Below, piece by piece: positions 1 to 10,722 of a DNA stretch of 64,000 nt. Origin of the DNA: an uncultured Verrucomicrobiae bacterium (GTDB lineage Bacteria; Verrucomicrobiota; Verrucomicrobiia; Chthoniobacterales; UBA10450); assembly GCA_963772365.1 (NCBI GenBank), contig CAVYXA010000001.1, positions 672,001-736,000 of the forward strand, written 5' to 3'. Every line of letters begins with the position of its first letter. The first letter of the stretch is position 1. The translations under genes were made by a program, and so were the position numbers. The notes under the pieces are model-generated. The model worked only from the letters and a program-made list of their open reading frames with translations, was not told the DNA's origin and did no database searches.

Positions 1-42
1 AGGCGCGAGTTGCCGACGGCGACCGCGCCGGACCGCGCGTGC

Positions 43-1428
43 ATGTTCCAAAAAGTCCTCATCGCTAACCGGGGAGAGATTGCCCTTCGTATCATCAGGG
101 CCTGCAAGGAACTCGGGATCCGCACCCTGGCGGTGTATTCGGAGGCCGATGTCGATTCGCTCCATGTCCAGCTGGCCGATGAATCGATCTGTATCGGTGC
201 GCCGCCTAGCACCGAAAGTTATTTGAAGATCGATCGCATCATCAGCGCCGCAGAAGTCGGCGATGTTGATGCGATTCATCCCGGTTACGGATTTCTGGCC
301 GAGAACGCCCACTTCGCCGAAGTCTGCGAAAGTTGTAATATTACGTTCATCGGTCCGCCTACTCCGGCGATGCACTCGATGGGTGACAAGAATACCGCGC
401 GTGCTTGCGCTCGCAAAGCAGGCGTGCCGGTGACTCCCGGAAGCGATGGCATCGTCGCGGACGAAAAGGAAGCGGCGAAGATTGCCAGGAAAATCGGCTA
501 CCCAGTGATGATCAAGGCGGCCGCAGGTGGAGGTGGACGCGGCATGCGGGTGGCCCACAACGAACCCAGCCTGATTACCGGCTTTCACGCTGCGCGCCAC
601 GAAGCAGAGAAGGCATTCGGTAATGGCGAGGTTTACATGGAGAAATTTATCGTCAGTCCGCATCACATCGAATTCCAGATCATGGCCGACAGCCATGGGC
701 ACATTGTTCATCTGGGCGAGCGCGACTGCTCGATTCAGCGGCGCAATCAAAAGGTGATCGAGGAATGCCCCTCACCGCTCATGACTGCATCGCTCCGAAA
801 GAAAATGGGAAATGCCGCGGTCAAGCTGGCTAAATCTGTGGGCTACGAGAACGCGGGCACGATCGAGTTTCTGGTGGATGAACATCGACATTTTTATTTC
901 ATCGAGATGAACACGCGGATCCAGGTCGAACATACGATCACCGAGGAGGTTTACGGGTGCGATTTGGTAAAGGAGCAAATCCGCATCGCGGCCGGCGAGC
1001 CGCTTTCCAAGCACGTTGCTCACGCCGTGCCGCGGCTTCACGCAATCCAATGCCGAATCAATGCCGAGGATCCAGCGAAAAATTTTCAACCTTCACCAGG
1101 CCGGATAAATTTCTATTACGGGCCCGGTGGCCGCGGCGTTAGGATCGACTCTCATGCTTACACCGGTTATGTAGTGCCGCCCTATTATGATTCTTTGATT
1201 TCGAAAATCGTTACGGTCGGCTCGACTCGAATCAATGCCATCGACCGGATGCGCCGCGCCCTGGACGAATATTACATCACCGGAATCAAGACCACTGTCC
1301 CCTTTCACGCTGCGATCATGCGCAATGGCGAGTTTCGCGACGGAAAATACGATACCGGCTTTGTCGAGCGGGTAATGACTTCGGAGAATTTCGAATTGAT
1401 TCCACCCTCCGCTCAATTACACGAATAA
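43..1428 (+). CDS. accC: Acetyl-CoA carboxylase, biotin carboxylase subunit
   Basis: [15 protein letters not shown]-terminus, [27 protein letters not shown] and RINAEDP motifs. Confidence 0.97.
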   Translation: MFQKVLIANRGEIALRIIRACKELGIRTLAVYSEADVDSLHVQLADESICIGAPPSTESYLKIDRIISAAEVGDVDAIHPGYGFLAENAHFAEVCESCNITFIGPPTPAMHSMGDKNTARACARKAGVPVTPGSDGIVADEKEAAKIARKIGYPVMIKAAAGGGGRGMRVAHNEPSLITGFHAARHEAEKAFGNGEVYMEKFIVSPHHIEFQIMADSHGHIVHLGERDCSIQRRNQKVIEECPSPLMTASLRKKMGNAAVKLAKSVGYENAGTIEFLVDEHRHFYFIEMNTRIQVEHTITEEVYGCDLVKEQIRIAAGEPLSKHVAHAVPRLHAIQCRINAEDPAKNFQPSPGRINFYYGPGGRGVRIDSHAYTGYVVPPYYDSLISKIVTVGSTRINAIDRMRRALDEYYITGIKTTVPFHAAIMRNGEFRDGKYDTGFVERVMTSENFELIPPSAQLHE

Positions 1429-1430
1429 CA

Positions 1431-2054
1431 TTGCGAACGCTGCGCGACTGCCGTCTTTACGCCATCATTGATCTTGGTTACATCGACGATCAGGAATGTG
1501 GGCGCGTGGCGAACGAAATGGTCAAGGGCGGAGTGGACCTGATTCAGCTGCGCGGAAAAATGCATTCGATAGGCGGACTTGTCGATCTTGCAGCGAAACT
1601 GCACGAGATTACTTCCGTATCCGGAACGCCCTTGATCGTGAATGATCATGCCGAAGTCGCGGCGAAAGCTTCTACCGAAGGTGTGCACGTTGGGCAGGAT
1701 GATGAATCAATTGCGGCCGTGCGCGAAAAAGCGAGACGGCCCATTTTTGTAGGTAAATCGACACACAGTCTGGAACAGGCCTGCGCTGCGCAATGCGAAG
1801 GAGCCGATTACATCGGGTTCGGCCCGATTTTTGCCACACCCACCAAACCCGATTACCGGCCGATTGGCCTTTCAGAAATTCAGCGAGTACACGAGCAAGT
1901 TGACCTGCCGATTTTTTGCATCGGCGGGATTAACATCGACAATCTCCAAAGCGTGATCGACGCCGGAGCGCATCGCGTAGTGATGGTGTCGGCGTTGCTG
2001 AAAGCGCACAGCATCATCGATTACGCCCGTTGCACCACGGATATGCTTGCTTAA
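1431..2054 (+). CDS. thiE: Thiamine-phosphate synthase
   Basis: IQLRGK, IVNDH, GVHVGQDD, GKSTH, GPIFATPTK and IGGI motifs. Confidence 0.93.
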   Translation: MRTLRDCRLYAIIDLGYIDDQECGRVANEMVKGGVDLIQLRGKMHSIGGLVDLAAKLHEITSVSGTPLIVNDHAEVAAKASTEGVHVGQDDESIAAVREKARRPIFVGKSTHSLEQACAAQCEGADYIGFGPIFATPTKPDYRPIGLSEIQRVHEQVDLPIFCIGGINIDNLQSVIDAGAHRVVMVSALLKAHSIIDYARCTTDMLA

Positions 2055-2104
2055 AAGACCGGTCGGCAAATCAAACATCAAACCTCGCACATCAAACATC
2101 TCGC

Positions 2105-3022
2105 ATGTCCGTCCTAGTTGTTGGTTCCATCGCGCTCGACACGGTTAAGACGCCGGTCGAAGAACATGCCGATCTAATCGGCGGCTCCGCTTCTTACGCC
2201 GCATTGAGTGCGAGTTTCTTTTCGCCGGTGCGGCTCGTTGGAATTGTGGGAAAAGATTTTCCTGATTCCGAATTCGATTTTTGGAAGTCGCGCAAGATCG
2301 ACATCGATGGCGTCCAGCGCGCGGATGGAAAAACGTTTCGCTGGTCGGGGGAATATTCGTGGGACCTCAATAACCGTGAGACGCGTTCGGTAGCGCTCAA
2401 TGTTTTCGAGACTTTCAAGCCGGCGTTGCCCGAATCGTATCGCCAAACGGATTTCGTTTTACTGGCCAATATCGCGCCGTCATTGCAATCGCATGTGCTC
2501 GATCAAATGGAACGTGCGCGCTTCATCGTCGCCGATACCATGGATCTCTGGATCGAAACGACGAGAGGCGATCTGGATGCCCTCATGCCAAGGGTGGATC
2601 TTCTCATCGTGAACGACAGTGAGGCGCGCGAGATGACGAAGGAGACCAGTCTCATCAAAGCAGGTCGCAAGATCCGCACGTTTGGGCCGCGCTATGTTGC
2701 AATTAAGAAAGGTGAGCATGGCGCGCTGCTTTTCGGTGAAGGCAACGAATTTTTCAGCTGCGGCGCCTATCCGCTGGAAGACATTCACGACCCGACTGGC
2801 GCGGGAGACACCTTTGCCGGCGGCATGGCCGGTTATCTCGCCGGCACGGTCAAAAAAGTCCACTTTGCCGATCTGCGCAAAGCTATGATCTACGGCAGTG
2901 TTCTGGCGAGTTTTTGCGCGGAGGCATTTAGCCTGGAACGATTGCGCAAATTGTCGATGGATGAGATCAATGAGCGCTACAAGATGTTCAAGGTCATGAG
3001 CCAATTCGAGCTGCCCACATGA
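2105..3022 (+). CDS. PfkB-family carbohydrate/nucleoside kinase
   Basis: VVGSIALD and GGSA at the N-terminus; DPTGAGDTFAGG PfkB signature. Confidence 0.92.
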   Translation: MSVLVVGSIALDTVKTPVEEHADLIGGSASYAALSASFFSPVRLVGIVGKDFPDSEFDFWKSRKIDIDGVQRADGKTFRWSGEYSWDLNNRETRSVALNVFETFKPALPESYRQTDFVLLANIAPSLQSHVLDQMERARFIVADTMDLWIETTRGDLDALMPRVDLLIVNDSEAREMTKETSLIKAGRKIRTFGPRYVAIKKGEHGALLFGEGNEFFSCGAYPLEDIHDPTGAGDTFAGGMAGYLAGTVKKVHFADLRKAMIYGSVLASFCAEAFSLERLRKLSMDEINERYKMFKVMSQFELPT

Positions 3023-3268
3023 ATCGCAAATTTCTTTGCATCCTGGTCATCCTTTCAGCTGCGCTTGTCGATCTTCGCGCCGCCGGCGATTGGATTGTGC
3101 TAAAAAATTGCCACCTGATCGCAGATCGGGCCAAATGATGGCGACAGCTTCCACGTCAGCGCCGGTGATACAGAATACATTTTCCGGCTTTACCTGGTGG
3201 ATGCGCCGGAAATCGAAGCGATGGATCCGGCTCGCCTAAGGGAGCAGGCCAAATATTTCGACATCACG
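3019..3268 (+). pseudogene. Truncated, frameshifted thermonuclease (SNase-like) N-terminal fragment
   Basis: ATG overlaps the pfkB stop. Signal peptide, then after a frameshift near 3130 NDGDSFHV...YIFRLYLVDAPE. Similarity ends where the convergent hydrolase gene ends. Confidence 0.7.
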
Positions 3269-3941
3269 TTCCTCTCAAGTGTTGTTGAAACCAATCGGCC
3301 GCCAGCCGCACGACGTTCGAGCGTGCCCGGTTCTTCAAACAAATGTGTGGCGCGAGGAATAACGCTTAGTGATTTCGCGCATTGAAGTTGGGCATAGGCT
3401 CGTTCGTTAAGCCGCAACACTTCCGCGTCATACTCTCCTACAATCAACAGCGTTGCGGCTTTCACATCGCTCAACGCTTCGCCTGCCAGATCGGGCCGCC
3501 CGCCTCGCGATACCACGGCTTGAATTGTCGATTCTAACGCGGCGGCAGCTCGCAACGCCGCCGCGCCGCCCGTACTGGCCCCGAAATATCCGAAGCCAGG
3601 TTTTTTACACGCGAGTCGTGCGCGATCTCTTCCGTAACCATTGCCAGACGCCGGCTGAGTAATCCGATGTCGAATCGCAACCTCCTGGTGTAAGTATCTT
3701 CGATTTCTTCCTCCGGGGTCAGCAGATCAAACAACAAGGTGCCGATTCTCGAACGCCGCAAGAATTCCGCCACAGCTTGATTTCGCGGGCTGTGCCGGCT
3801 GCTTCCGCTGCCGTGAGCAAACAAAACCAGACCGATCGCATTTTCCGGTAGGCCTAGATCGCCGGAAAGCACGACCTCGCCGCAAGGAATTCGCAAGGAC
3901 ACTTGATAGTTCTCCACAGCTGGTGAACGACCGGAGTTCAT
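3264..3941 (-). pseudogene. Dienelactone-hydrolase-like alpha/beta hydrolase with two frameshifts
   Basis: LFAHGSGSSRHSPRN, then GYFGASTG in a shifted frame, VVSRGGRPDLAG and ATHLFEEPG; frameshifts near 3595 and 3312. Confidence 0.85.
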
Positions 3942-4077
3942 ATATTAATTTCGTTTCAAACCCAACCGCCAGCGCGTGGATCGTTGCCATCACAACTCTT
4001 TTTACCACCGCGGTCCGATACAGGCAGGAGTGCGCAGGACAAAAATTCACATATCGGGAAGCGCCGTCGGTTGCACG

Positions 4078-4413
4078 CTAGACCGCTTGTGCGTTGCGCC
4101 TGTGCCAACTGGCCCGGTGAAACAGAAGGACAATGAGCCAAACGATTCCGGCAATTACACCGATGGGAATTGTAGCCAGCATAAACCAGCCTGATACACC
4201 AAGAGTGTAAAGGAGCTGGCCGTAATCTTTCCCATTGATTACGCACGGATGAATTGAGCCTTCATCCAGCCTGCAGCCATGACTGTTCGCGATCACGGAG
4301 GCCACTATCACGGAAAACAGGGGCGCGAGCGCAAACAGAAGGATGAGCGCGAGCAAAATCCAGTAAGGCAACCACGGAAAACGTTTCCGGACGGGTAGTG
4401 GCGGCGGGTTCAT
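4078..4413 (-). CDS. Small two-TM membrane protein
   Basis: Two hydrophobic segments around a C-x-LDEGSIHPC loop. Confidence 0.7.
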   Translation of the reverse strand: MNPPPLPVRKRFPWLPYWILLALILLFALAPLFSVIVASVIANSHGCRLDEGSIHPCVINGKDYGQLLYTLGVSGWFMLATIPIGVIAGIVWLIVLLFHRASWHRRNAQAV

Positions 4414-4662
4414 GTCGCAGCCAAATTAACTCGTAGTCTGTTAACGGATGCAAGCCAGCACGGCGTGGGGCAACCGCTGGATACCAACGCTGCTCACGGC
4501 TGTCGGGGTTAAAGAAGGCTTCTCGCAAGTTCACATCCCTTCGCTGTTTGAGAACTGTGCGGTATTTGGCAATGCTGTTCATTGCCTGCGCCAATCGGTT
4601 TTTTTCTTCTCGCTTTTCGGCGCGACTTCCTGTTTAGCTGAATCGGGAGGATTCGACGATGT

Positions 4663-5196
4663 ATGGAGGCGGATGTCGAAAAACTATTAGCCGTCTGGTT
4701 TGAACGGACGCGCGACAAAGAGCTGACACACGAGGAGTGCGGCACCCGGCTCCGGCGCTGGCATTATCGTTTCGGTATACCGATCATCATCCTCACGACC
4801 GCCGTGGCAGCGGTCGCTTTTTACTGGTTAGGACGCCCGGATCTGAGCGACCCCGTCAAGATGGGAATTGGAATAGGCAGCGGAGTGGCGGCTCTTTTGG
4901 CCTGTATGCAAACCTTCCTCGGTTTGTCGCAGAGCGCCGATCAGCACAAGATTGCCTCCGCCCGGTATGGCGCGTTGCGGCGGTCCCTGGAAATCCTGAA
5001 AACGTTCTCGCCGTCGGATCTTAACGAGCTCCGGCGGTCGATTACCGATATTCAGCGGCAAATAGATCGCCTGGCCGAAACGTCGCCGACGATTCCGGCG
5101 CGTTGGAAGCAAAACGGAGACGTTAATCAAGAACGCGTTTTTCATCTTCCGGGCTCGTATAAGGCGGAAGAACACGCGCGCGTGGAAGCTGCCTAG
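4663..5196 (+). CDS. SLATT-like two-TM protein
   Basis: H...W...GIP TM1, TM2, then QTFL...AD.H..AS..Y..LRR pattern. Confidence 0.7.
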   Translation: MEADVEKLLAVWFERTRDKELTHEECGTRLRRWHYRFGIPIIILTTAVAAVAFYWLGRPDLSDPVKMGIGIGSGVAALLACMQTFLGLSQSADQHKIASARYGALRRSLEILKTFSPSDLNELRRSITDIQRQIDRLAETSPTIPARWKQNGDVNQERVFHLPGSYKAEEHARVEAA

Positions 5197-5287
5197 GCAC
5201 CTTAGGATCGACAGCGTCTATTACCCACACCCTTTCTTGCCGCCGGGATGGTCTGCGTTTTGCTCTGTTCTGTCGGTCCCAAGCTTT

Positions 5288-5701
5288 ATGAAACATCGCT
5301 TACGCATTTTGACTGTCGAAGATGAGCCCGCTGTGACCAACCTGCTCGCACTGATACTCGGCGGTCCGGCAGCGCAAGTAGTCACCGCGCCCAATGGCTG
5401 GATGGCGCTTATGAAGATCGGCGCCGCCAAGGAACCGTTCGATGTCGTGATTACCGACCATCACATGCAGCGCGTGACCGGCCTCGAATTGGTGCGCCTG
5501 CTGCGAAAGCGCGGATATCCCGCCAAGATTATCGTCCTTTCAGGCCATCTGACCAAGGAGAACATCCAGGCTTACGAGGAACTCAACGTGGATATGATGC
5601 TGGCGAAACCGTTCGACATAGCAGAGTTGCAGATGGCGATGGAGATCCTCACGAAAAAATCGGCAGCGCAGCTCACCGCTCCTCTGTCAGCGGTGGCGTA
5701 A
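5288..5701 (+). CDS. Stand-alone response regulator receiver
   Basis: ILTVEDE, FDVVITD and LAKPF motifs. Confidence 0.9.
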   Translation: MKHRLRILTVEDEPAVTNLLALILGGPAAQVVTAPNGWMALMKIGAAKEPFDVVITDHHMQRVTGLELVRLLRKRGYPAKIIVLSGHLTKENIQAYEELNVDMMLAKPFDIAELQMAMEILTKKSAAQLTAPLSAVA

Positions 5702-5802
5702 ATTCCCATGATCGTGCCGCGCGCTCTGACTTCTGTTGTCTAACTTCTGACTTCTGACCTCACCTTCCACCGGTACAGGCCCTGCTCACTTTTTAGAACG
5801 TC

Positions 5803-6192
5803 ATGGAGCACAAACCGGTTCGGGTCTTAACCGTCGACGACGAACCATCCGTCACGCTCTCGCTTCGGTACGTCTTTGCCGATCCGCGTTATGAAGTGGT
5901 CGGAGTGAGCAGCGGCCAGGCTGCGTTGGCTAAGCTCAATTCCAACCAATTCGATGTAATCATCGTCGACGAAAGGATGCCGAACCTCACCGGCGTGGAA
6001 CTGGTCCACGCGATTAAGGAACAGGGCAACCCGGCAAAGATTATCGTGGTATCGGCGCAACTATCGCCGGAAGTCCGCCAGGCTTACGAACGCATGGATG
6101 TCCATGCCATGTTCAGCAAGCCGTTCGACGTCCGCGTGCTGCGCGACGCTGTGGACCACGTCGTCGCCTCTCCGTCGCCTGGCACGTTCTGA
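5803..6192 (+). CDS. Stand-alone response regulator receiver
   Basis: VLTVDDE, FDVIIVD.RMP and SKPF motifs. Confidence 0.9.
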   Translation: MEHKPVRVLTVDDEPSVTLSLRYVFADPRYEVVGVSSGQAALAKLNSNQFDVIIVDERMPNLTGVELVHAIKEQGNPAKIIVVSAQLSPEVRQAYERMDVHAMFSKPFDVRVLRDAVDHVVASPSPGTF

Positions 6193-6201
6193 TTTCATTT
6201 C

Positions 6202-7110
6202 TCATTTGGCTGGAACAACCGCTGTCCGCTTCGTCTTATCGCCCACGGCGATGCTGAAATGTTTGTTGCTCTCGTTCGTTCCCTGGTCGGGCTTCTTTTC
6301 GTACAAAAGCGACCAGGCCTGATCGGATGGATCATACCGCGGCTGGGGCAATTCACATTCAGTCGGATCGTAACCACGCGAGCGAGCTGCGTCATCCGCC
6401 AAATCGATCACTTCTCCTCTGGTCAAGCGCGCCTTGGTATCCGTGCGCGGTAGTCGCATTATGTATCTCATACCCAGAACAGGCGGCGGCCAAACCAGCA
6501 ATCGCACCATCTCGCTGACGTCGATCTCGGATTGAGGCGGACCGACATTCGTTAGCGGTTGAGGACGCTGAGAATTGAATGCCAAATCCTCGGGTGATTC
6601 GACAGTCGTCGATTCCGGTTCCTGGCTTTCGGCTTCCTCAGTTTCGCCGGAGACCGGTCCTTCCGACGGCGCTCCCGGTTCTCCAACCGTGTCGCGCTCT
6701 ATCGCAGCGGCGCGCCATCGAGCAGCTTCGCGAAACGACGCGCGACCGCGCTGCCAGCGGGTCATTCGAGCACCATCGACAAACATCGCGTGCCCTGTTT
6801 TTCTTTGTGAATGAACATTGACTGGCCCATCGAGTTTGCCTTTGACCATGTTGCCCCAGTAGCGCGCATAAAGTTCGGGCTCGCCGGATTCGTTCTCGTT
6901 CTCTTTCGTGTACCAGGTGAGTGTGCCAAACCCGTGAGCATACCCATCATCGTCCCTGCCCCCTGACCATGTCGCCTCATCCCCAGGCTTGGGATCGTTG
7001 TTCCAGACAATGGTCTTACCGTCTCGCGTGCGCTCGTACTTCCCGTCACCGAGCGCGACATTCGCGAACAGCACCAGCGTCAGAAAAAACATTCGTCCCG
7101 TCACGGCCAA
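6202..7110 (-). CDS. Exported hypothetical protein
   Basis: Signal peptide; WSG...GYAHGFGTLTW MORN-like segment; 302 aa ORF. Confidence 0.65.
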   Translation of the reverse strand: MAVTGRMFFLTLVLFANVALGDGKYERTRDGKTIVWNNDPKPGDEATWSGGRDDDGYAHGFGTLTWYTKENENESGEPELYARYWGNMVKGKLDGPVNVHSQRKTGHAMFVDGARMTRWQRGRASFREAARWRAAAIERDTVGEPGAPSEGPVSGETEEAESQEPESTTVESPEDLAFNSQRPQPLTNVGPPQSEIDVSEMVRLLVWPPPVLGMRYIMRLPRTDTKARLTRGEVIDLADDAARSRGYDPTECELPQPRYDPSDQAWSLLYEKKPDQGTNESNKHFSIAVGDKTKRTAVVPAK

Positions 7111-7251
7111 CCATTTGGTGAATATGCCAGATCAGATTGTCCTCTGGAAAGAGAAATCCTGGAACTCCTTTACCCCCCTCAAATGGCGCAATCAACGACT
7201 CGATCGCGCCTCATCTTCATCTGACAAAGATCGGACTTGCGGAGGATCCCC

Positions 7252-7803
7252 TTACTTCTTCTGTTCCCACCCATAAAGCCGGGCCTCATTCGGAAACCCG
7301 GGAACCTGCACCATCCGCTCGAATCGAAGCCTCAGTTTTTCCAGCAGATGGGTCGACTTCGCATTTGTCGGCGACGTAAATCCGATGATCCGCTTCAGAC
7401 CCAGCTCTCTTCGGCCGTATTCCATCATAGCCCAAGCGGCTTCGAAAGCGTAGCCGTTGCCGGCATACTGTGTGAGCGTCGAATAACCAATATCGAAATC
7501 CTCCATCGTATCGCGCTTCATTAACCCGCAGCTGCCAACCGGAGTTCCCGACGACTTTAGTTCCACCTGTCGCGCCGTGGCTCCAGGGCGAAGGAAGACC
7601 ACGCAATAACCGACTCCGTAACGTTCGTGGCCAGGCAAAAACTTTTCACGGATATAATCTTTCGCCGCCGCCAACGTCCGCACGTTGCGATCGGTCACAT
7701 TGGCAATGTAATCCGGCTCGTTCAACATCCGCAGAACAAACGCCGCGTCGCGTTCCGCATCTACCGGCCGCAAAATGAGCCGTTTAGTTTCGATCGGCTT
7801 CAT
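7252..7803 (-). CDS. RimJ/RimL-type GNAT N-acetyltransferase with an in-frame ~30 bp insertion
   Basis: IETKRLILR, DIGY, GNGYAFEA and N..S..LLEKL motifs. Confidence 0.9.
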   Translation of the reverse strand: MKPIETKRLILRPVDAERDAAFVLRMLNEPDYIANVTDRNVRTLAAAKDYIREKFLPGHERYGVGYCVVFLRPGATARQVELKSSGTPVGSCGLMKRDTMEDFDIGYSTLTQYAGNGYAFEAAWAMMEYGRRELGLKRIIGFTSPTNAKSTHLLEKLRLRFERMVQVPGFPNEARLYGWEQKK

Positions 7804-7984
7804 GCACTCGGTCGTGAGTCTGGGCTTGCTCCAGTCTCACATCAAATACGCTGATACTGCCGGTTACGTGACCGCATAAATGAGAAATCCGCCGATCGCC
7901 AGCGCGAGCAATCCCGATGAGCTCTGGATCGCTCGCCCGCTCGTTAACCACCATTCGATCATTCGCTTCAAAAGAACATCGACG

Positions 7985-8089
7985 TTACTTCGCCGGTTTC
8001 TTTCTTTGCTTCACGGACGCGAGCCGGTGTGTTTTTTTCCGGCGGGCCTGGCGTTTTCTCACGTTGTCTCTGCCTCGATTGTGTCCCAT
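7985..8089 (-). CDS. Possible 34-aa basic small protein
   Basis: MGHNRGRDNVRKRQARRKK...; co-oriented with its neighbours. Confidence 0.4.
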   Translation of the reverse strand: MGHNRGRDNVRKRQARRKKTHRLASVKQRKKPAK

Positions 8090-8240
8090 GCGCGAAATTG
8101 TACGGGCCGGCGCCTGTCGGGGAAAGAACGAATTCCCACATCCGATCTCTGACTTGAGCGTTGGACCTTCAACGTTCAGCATTTCCTATTTTCCCACCTC
8201 TCGTCACTAATCACCGGTCACTCGTCACCAGCCCGCCCCC

Positions 8241-8603
8241 TCATCGGTTAAGCCAAAGAATGTGCGCGCCGGGATTATTACTCTCTTGAGCCACCTTTCC
8301 TCCTACCTTCTTCGCAAGCCCACGTAGAAGTTGAATCGCATGATCGCGGATTACAGAACGGCCCGACCTGGCCCCATATCCGTGGATAATTTTTACACCT
8401 CTGTGACCATCACGCAGCCCGCGATCCACAGCTGCGGTAATCTTCCGCAGAGCTAACTCCAACGTCTCTCCCGAGTGCGCAACGTCCATTTCCAGAACGC
8501 CCCGATAGACGCGGCGCCGGAGTGATTCCCCGCACTTCGCGCATTTCGCTTTACCCGATTCAACGGGATTACCGCAGCCAGGACATTCGACAGTTTTCTT
8601 CAT
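8241..8603 (-). CDS. Zinc-ribbon plus Smr/MutS2 domain protein
   Basis: CPGC...CAKC; DVAH, KIIHGYG and NPG Smr motifs. Confidence 0.8.
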   Translation of the reverse strand: MKKTVECPGCGNPVESGKAKCAKCGESLRRRVYRGVLEMDVAHSGETLELALRKITAAVDRGLRDGHRGVKIIHGYGARSGRSVIRDHAIQLLRGLAKKVGGKVAQESNNPGAHILWLNR

Positions 8604-8662
8604 CTCGGTGCCACGACCCCTTTCTCACTTTCTGGCCGGACGCGCCCCAGCCTTGCAGGTAT

Positions 8663-9073
8663 TTAACGCTGCAACTTCGTTAGCAAGAGCCGTCGAATCA
8701 GATCCTCATCATATTGTTTTCGGACGAAAATGCGAAGAAGTGGAAACGATACTGCATTAAACAAACGATCGACGTCATGATCACGTTTCTGTCTGTCTGG
8801 GCGCTTGTGCGACGAACCATCAAGTTCGATAGCGACCCGGGGGCGGAGAAGAGAGTCGCAGATCACGAAATCGACGTGTTTAGAGCAGACACGACGAAAA
8901 TTGGATTGGCGATATTTGTGCTGTTCGTTGGCATCGATCAGGTCAGCCAGACGGACCTTGGCAAGAACAATATGATCTCGAGCAATGCGCCTCAGAACGT
9001 CGAAAAAGGAACGTTCGGCGCTATCGAGCAAATACCTGCGTCGAAAATACGGCCTTATGGATGTTGATCGCAC
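8663..9073 (-). CDS. DUF2726-family protein
   Basis: LLDSAE..FF, AKVRLAD, KHVDFVICD and IELDGSSH motifs. Confidence 0.85.
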   Translation of the reverse strand: MRSTSIRPYFRRRYLLDSAERSFFDVLRRIARDHIVLAKVRLADLIDANEQHKYRQSNFRRVCSKHVDFVICDSLLRPRVAIELDGSSHKRPDRQKRDHDVDRLFNAVSFPLLRIFVRKQYDEDLIRRLLLTKLQR

Positions 9074-9218
9074 GACATGAAACTCAGCAACCGATATGCC
9101 GCTTCGTTAATTCATGTCGGCGACTCTGACATCTGTCTTTCGATCTCTGATTGCTGATTTCTCGCTTGAGCGTTGGACGTTCGATGTTGGGCGTTCGGTG
9201 TTTGCTTCAGCCTTTCCC

Positions 9219-9890
9219 TCATCCTTCATCCCTTGCCGGCCGCTGGATCCGATCCGGGCGTGGCCGAAATCTTGGCCGGCGTCTCGGTTGATTCGGCTGT
9301 CGCGGCTGTCGCTCGGGTCCGGCAGACTTGGGCTCATCCACTTTCATCAGCTCGAATGTCCGAAACAATGGCGCGAGATCGATTACTTCGTTGGCGGCCG
9401 ATCTTAGTATTTGCCCGAGATTTTGCGTGACCGATGCCACCTCTACTCGGATGCCGCGCCGGCGGAGCTGGATCGCGAGGTAGGCAAAATCGGTGTCGCC
9501 CGTTACCAGGATCACCACGTCGGGTTGCATCTCGACCGAAAGCTCGAGCGCATCGATCGCCATCATCACGTCCACGTTCGCCTTGTACCGGCCTTCATCC
9601 GCGGGCGACCCATCTTTGGTCACGACCATGAACCCGTTCGCGCGCAGCCATTGGACGAACTTGTTTTTCTTATCGCGCTCTTCCTGCCAGATCGACATCG
9701 CCGGCGGGAGACCGGCATAGACCACCATCTCGATCAACTCCCGCCCAGTATTTGGGCCAGCCAGAAAATCTCGCAACTTCAACCAATCCAGACCGCGGCC
9801 GGCTGTGCGCACCGAGCTGCCGATGTTCGATTCATCGACCAACACCAACACACGCTGACGTCCTGAGACCTTATGATTTACTTTTCGCAT
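9219..9890 (-). CDS. NYN domain (LabA/DUF88) protein
   Basis: VDESN, KANVDVMMAIDA and LVTGDTDF motifs. Confidence 0.88.
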   Translation of the reverse strand: MRKVNHKVSGRQRVLVLVDESNIGSSVRTAGRGLDWLKLRDFLAGPNTGRELIEMVVYAGLPPAMSIWQEERDKKNKFVQWLRANGFMVVTKDGSPADEGRYKANVDVMMAIDALELSVEMQPDVVILVTGDTDFAYLAIQLRRRGIRVEVASVTQNLGQILRSAANEVIDLAPLFRTFELMKVDEPKSAGPERQPRQPNQPRRRPRFRPRPDRIQRPARDEG

Positions 9891-9992
9891 CTTTATTAAA
9901 ATACCAGTTCGGTGCCGAGCCTTCTGTGGTGACGGGTTTCGCGCGTGCAAATTCTGCCACTCCCAGCTCCGCGCTTCCAGCTCGCAGCCCGA

Positions 9993-10262
9993 TTATGCTG
10001 CTCTTTTCTTCGCCTTTTTCTCGACAATGACCCGGGGAAACTCCACCACCTGAGTCCCGTTCTGACCGAGAATCGATTCATAGATCAATTTCCCTGCAGC
10101 GATCTCGGAGAGCGCGATATCGGCGTGACCCAGCCCGGGAACAAATTCCACCATCGCCCGGTGACCCAGACAAAGCTGTCGGACACGCCGGGAGACCATG
10201 TTGACCAGAATTTGCTGATTAGGAATAACGTCAAGTGCGGCGTTAACGAGATTTGATTTCAT
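9993..10262 (-). CDS. rpoZ: RNA polymerase omega subunit
   Basis: LVNMVSRRVRQL...DIALSEIAAGKL omega pattern. Confidence 0.8.
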   Translation of the reverse strand: MKSNLVNAALDVIPNQQILVNMVSRRVRQLCLGHRAMVEFVPGLGHADIALSEIAAGKLIYESILGQNGTQVVEFPRVIVEKKAKKRAA

Positions 10263-10569
10263 AATTTTGGTAACGGGAGAATCAAGCTGGCGAAGACTAA
10301 GTTCCGAATTCGGAATGGGATTTGATCACGTTTCGGAGAATCGCAGCGGAGAAACTTACGGGCAGTATCGTCGTTAATTGCCAGAACACAATTGATTTGG
10401 CGCAGATCGGGGGAACGGCCCGAGCGCCGTCCTCTACGATAAGACGCACCGCGGTGACGCGCCTCTCGTTTTATTTCCGAACGCTTCAACGTTCGGCGTT
10501 CGACCTTCAACGCTCGATATTTTTTGCTGCCTCTTAATTTTCCCTTCCACCTTTTTACTTTTCTTTCGG

Positions 10570-10722
10570 GAACGACGCCTGCGATGCGCAATCCGGAGAA
10601 GGACCTGCGCCCCAGCTGACATACGTGAATCACGTATGATACCGATGCCATCGCTGGAAGTCTCGAATTGCGAGGCGAAGGCTCACGTTCTCCCAGCATG
10701 CGCTGACTCGCGCACGTCGTTG
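10570..10722. ncRNA. Candidate rod-shaped structured RNA (6S-like)
   Basis: Nested complementary blocks aacgacg/cgtcgtt, gcgca/tgcgc, ggagaa/ttctcc and cagc/gctg; apical catacgtga/tcacgtatg; intergenic. Confidence 0.4.

Noticed and set aside
10259..10699. 146-aa ORF upstream of rpoZ
   Set aside because: Runs through heptamer repeats and the structured element; no protein motif
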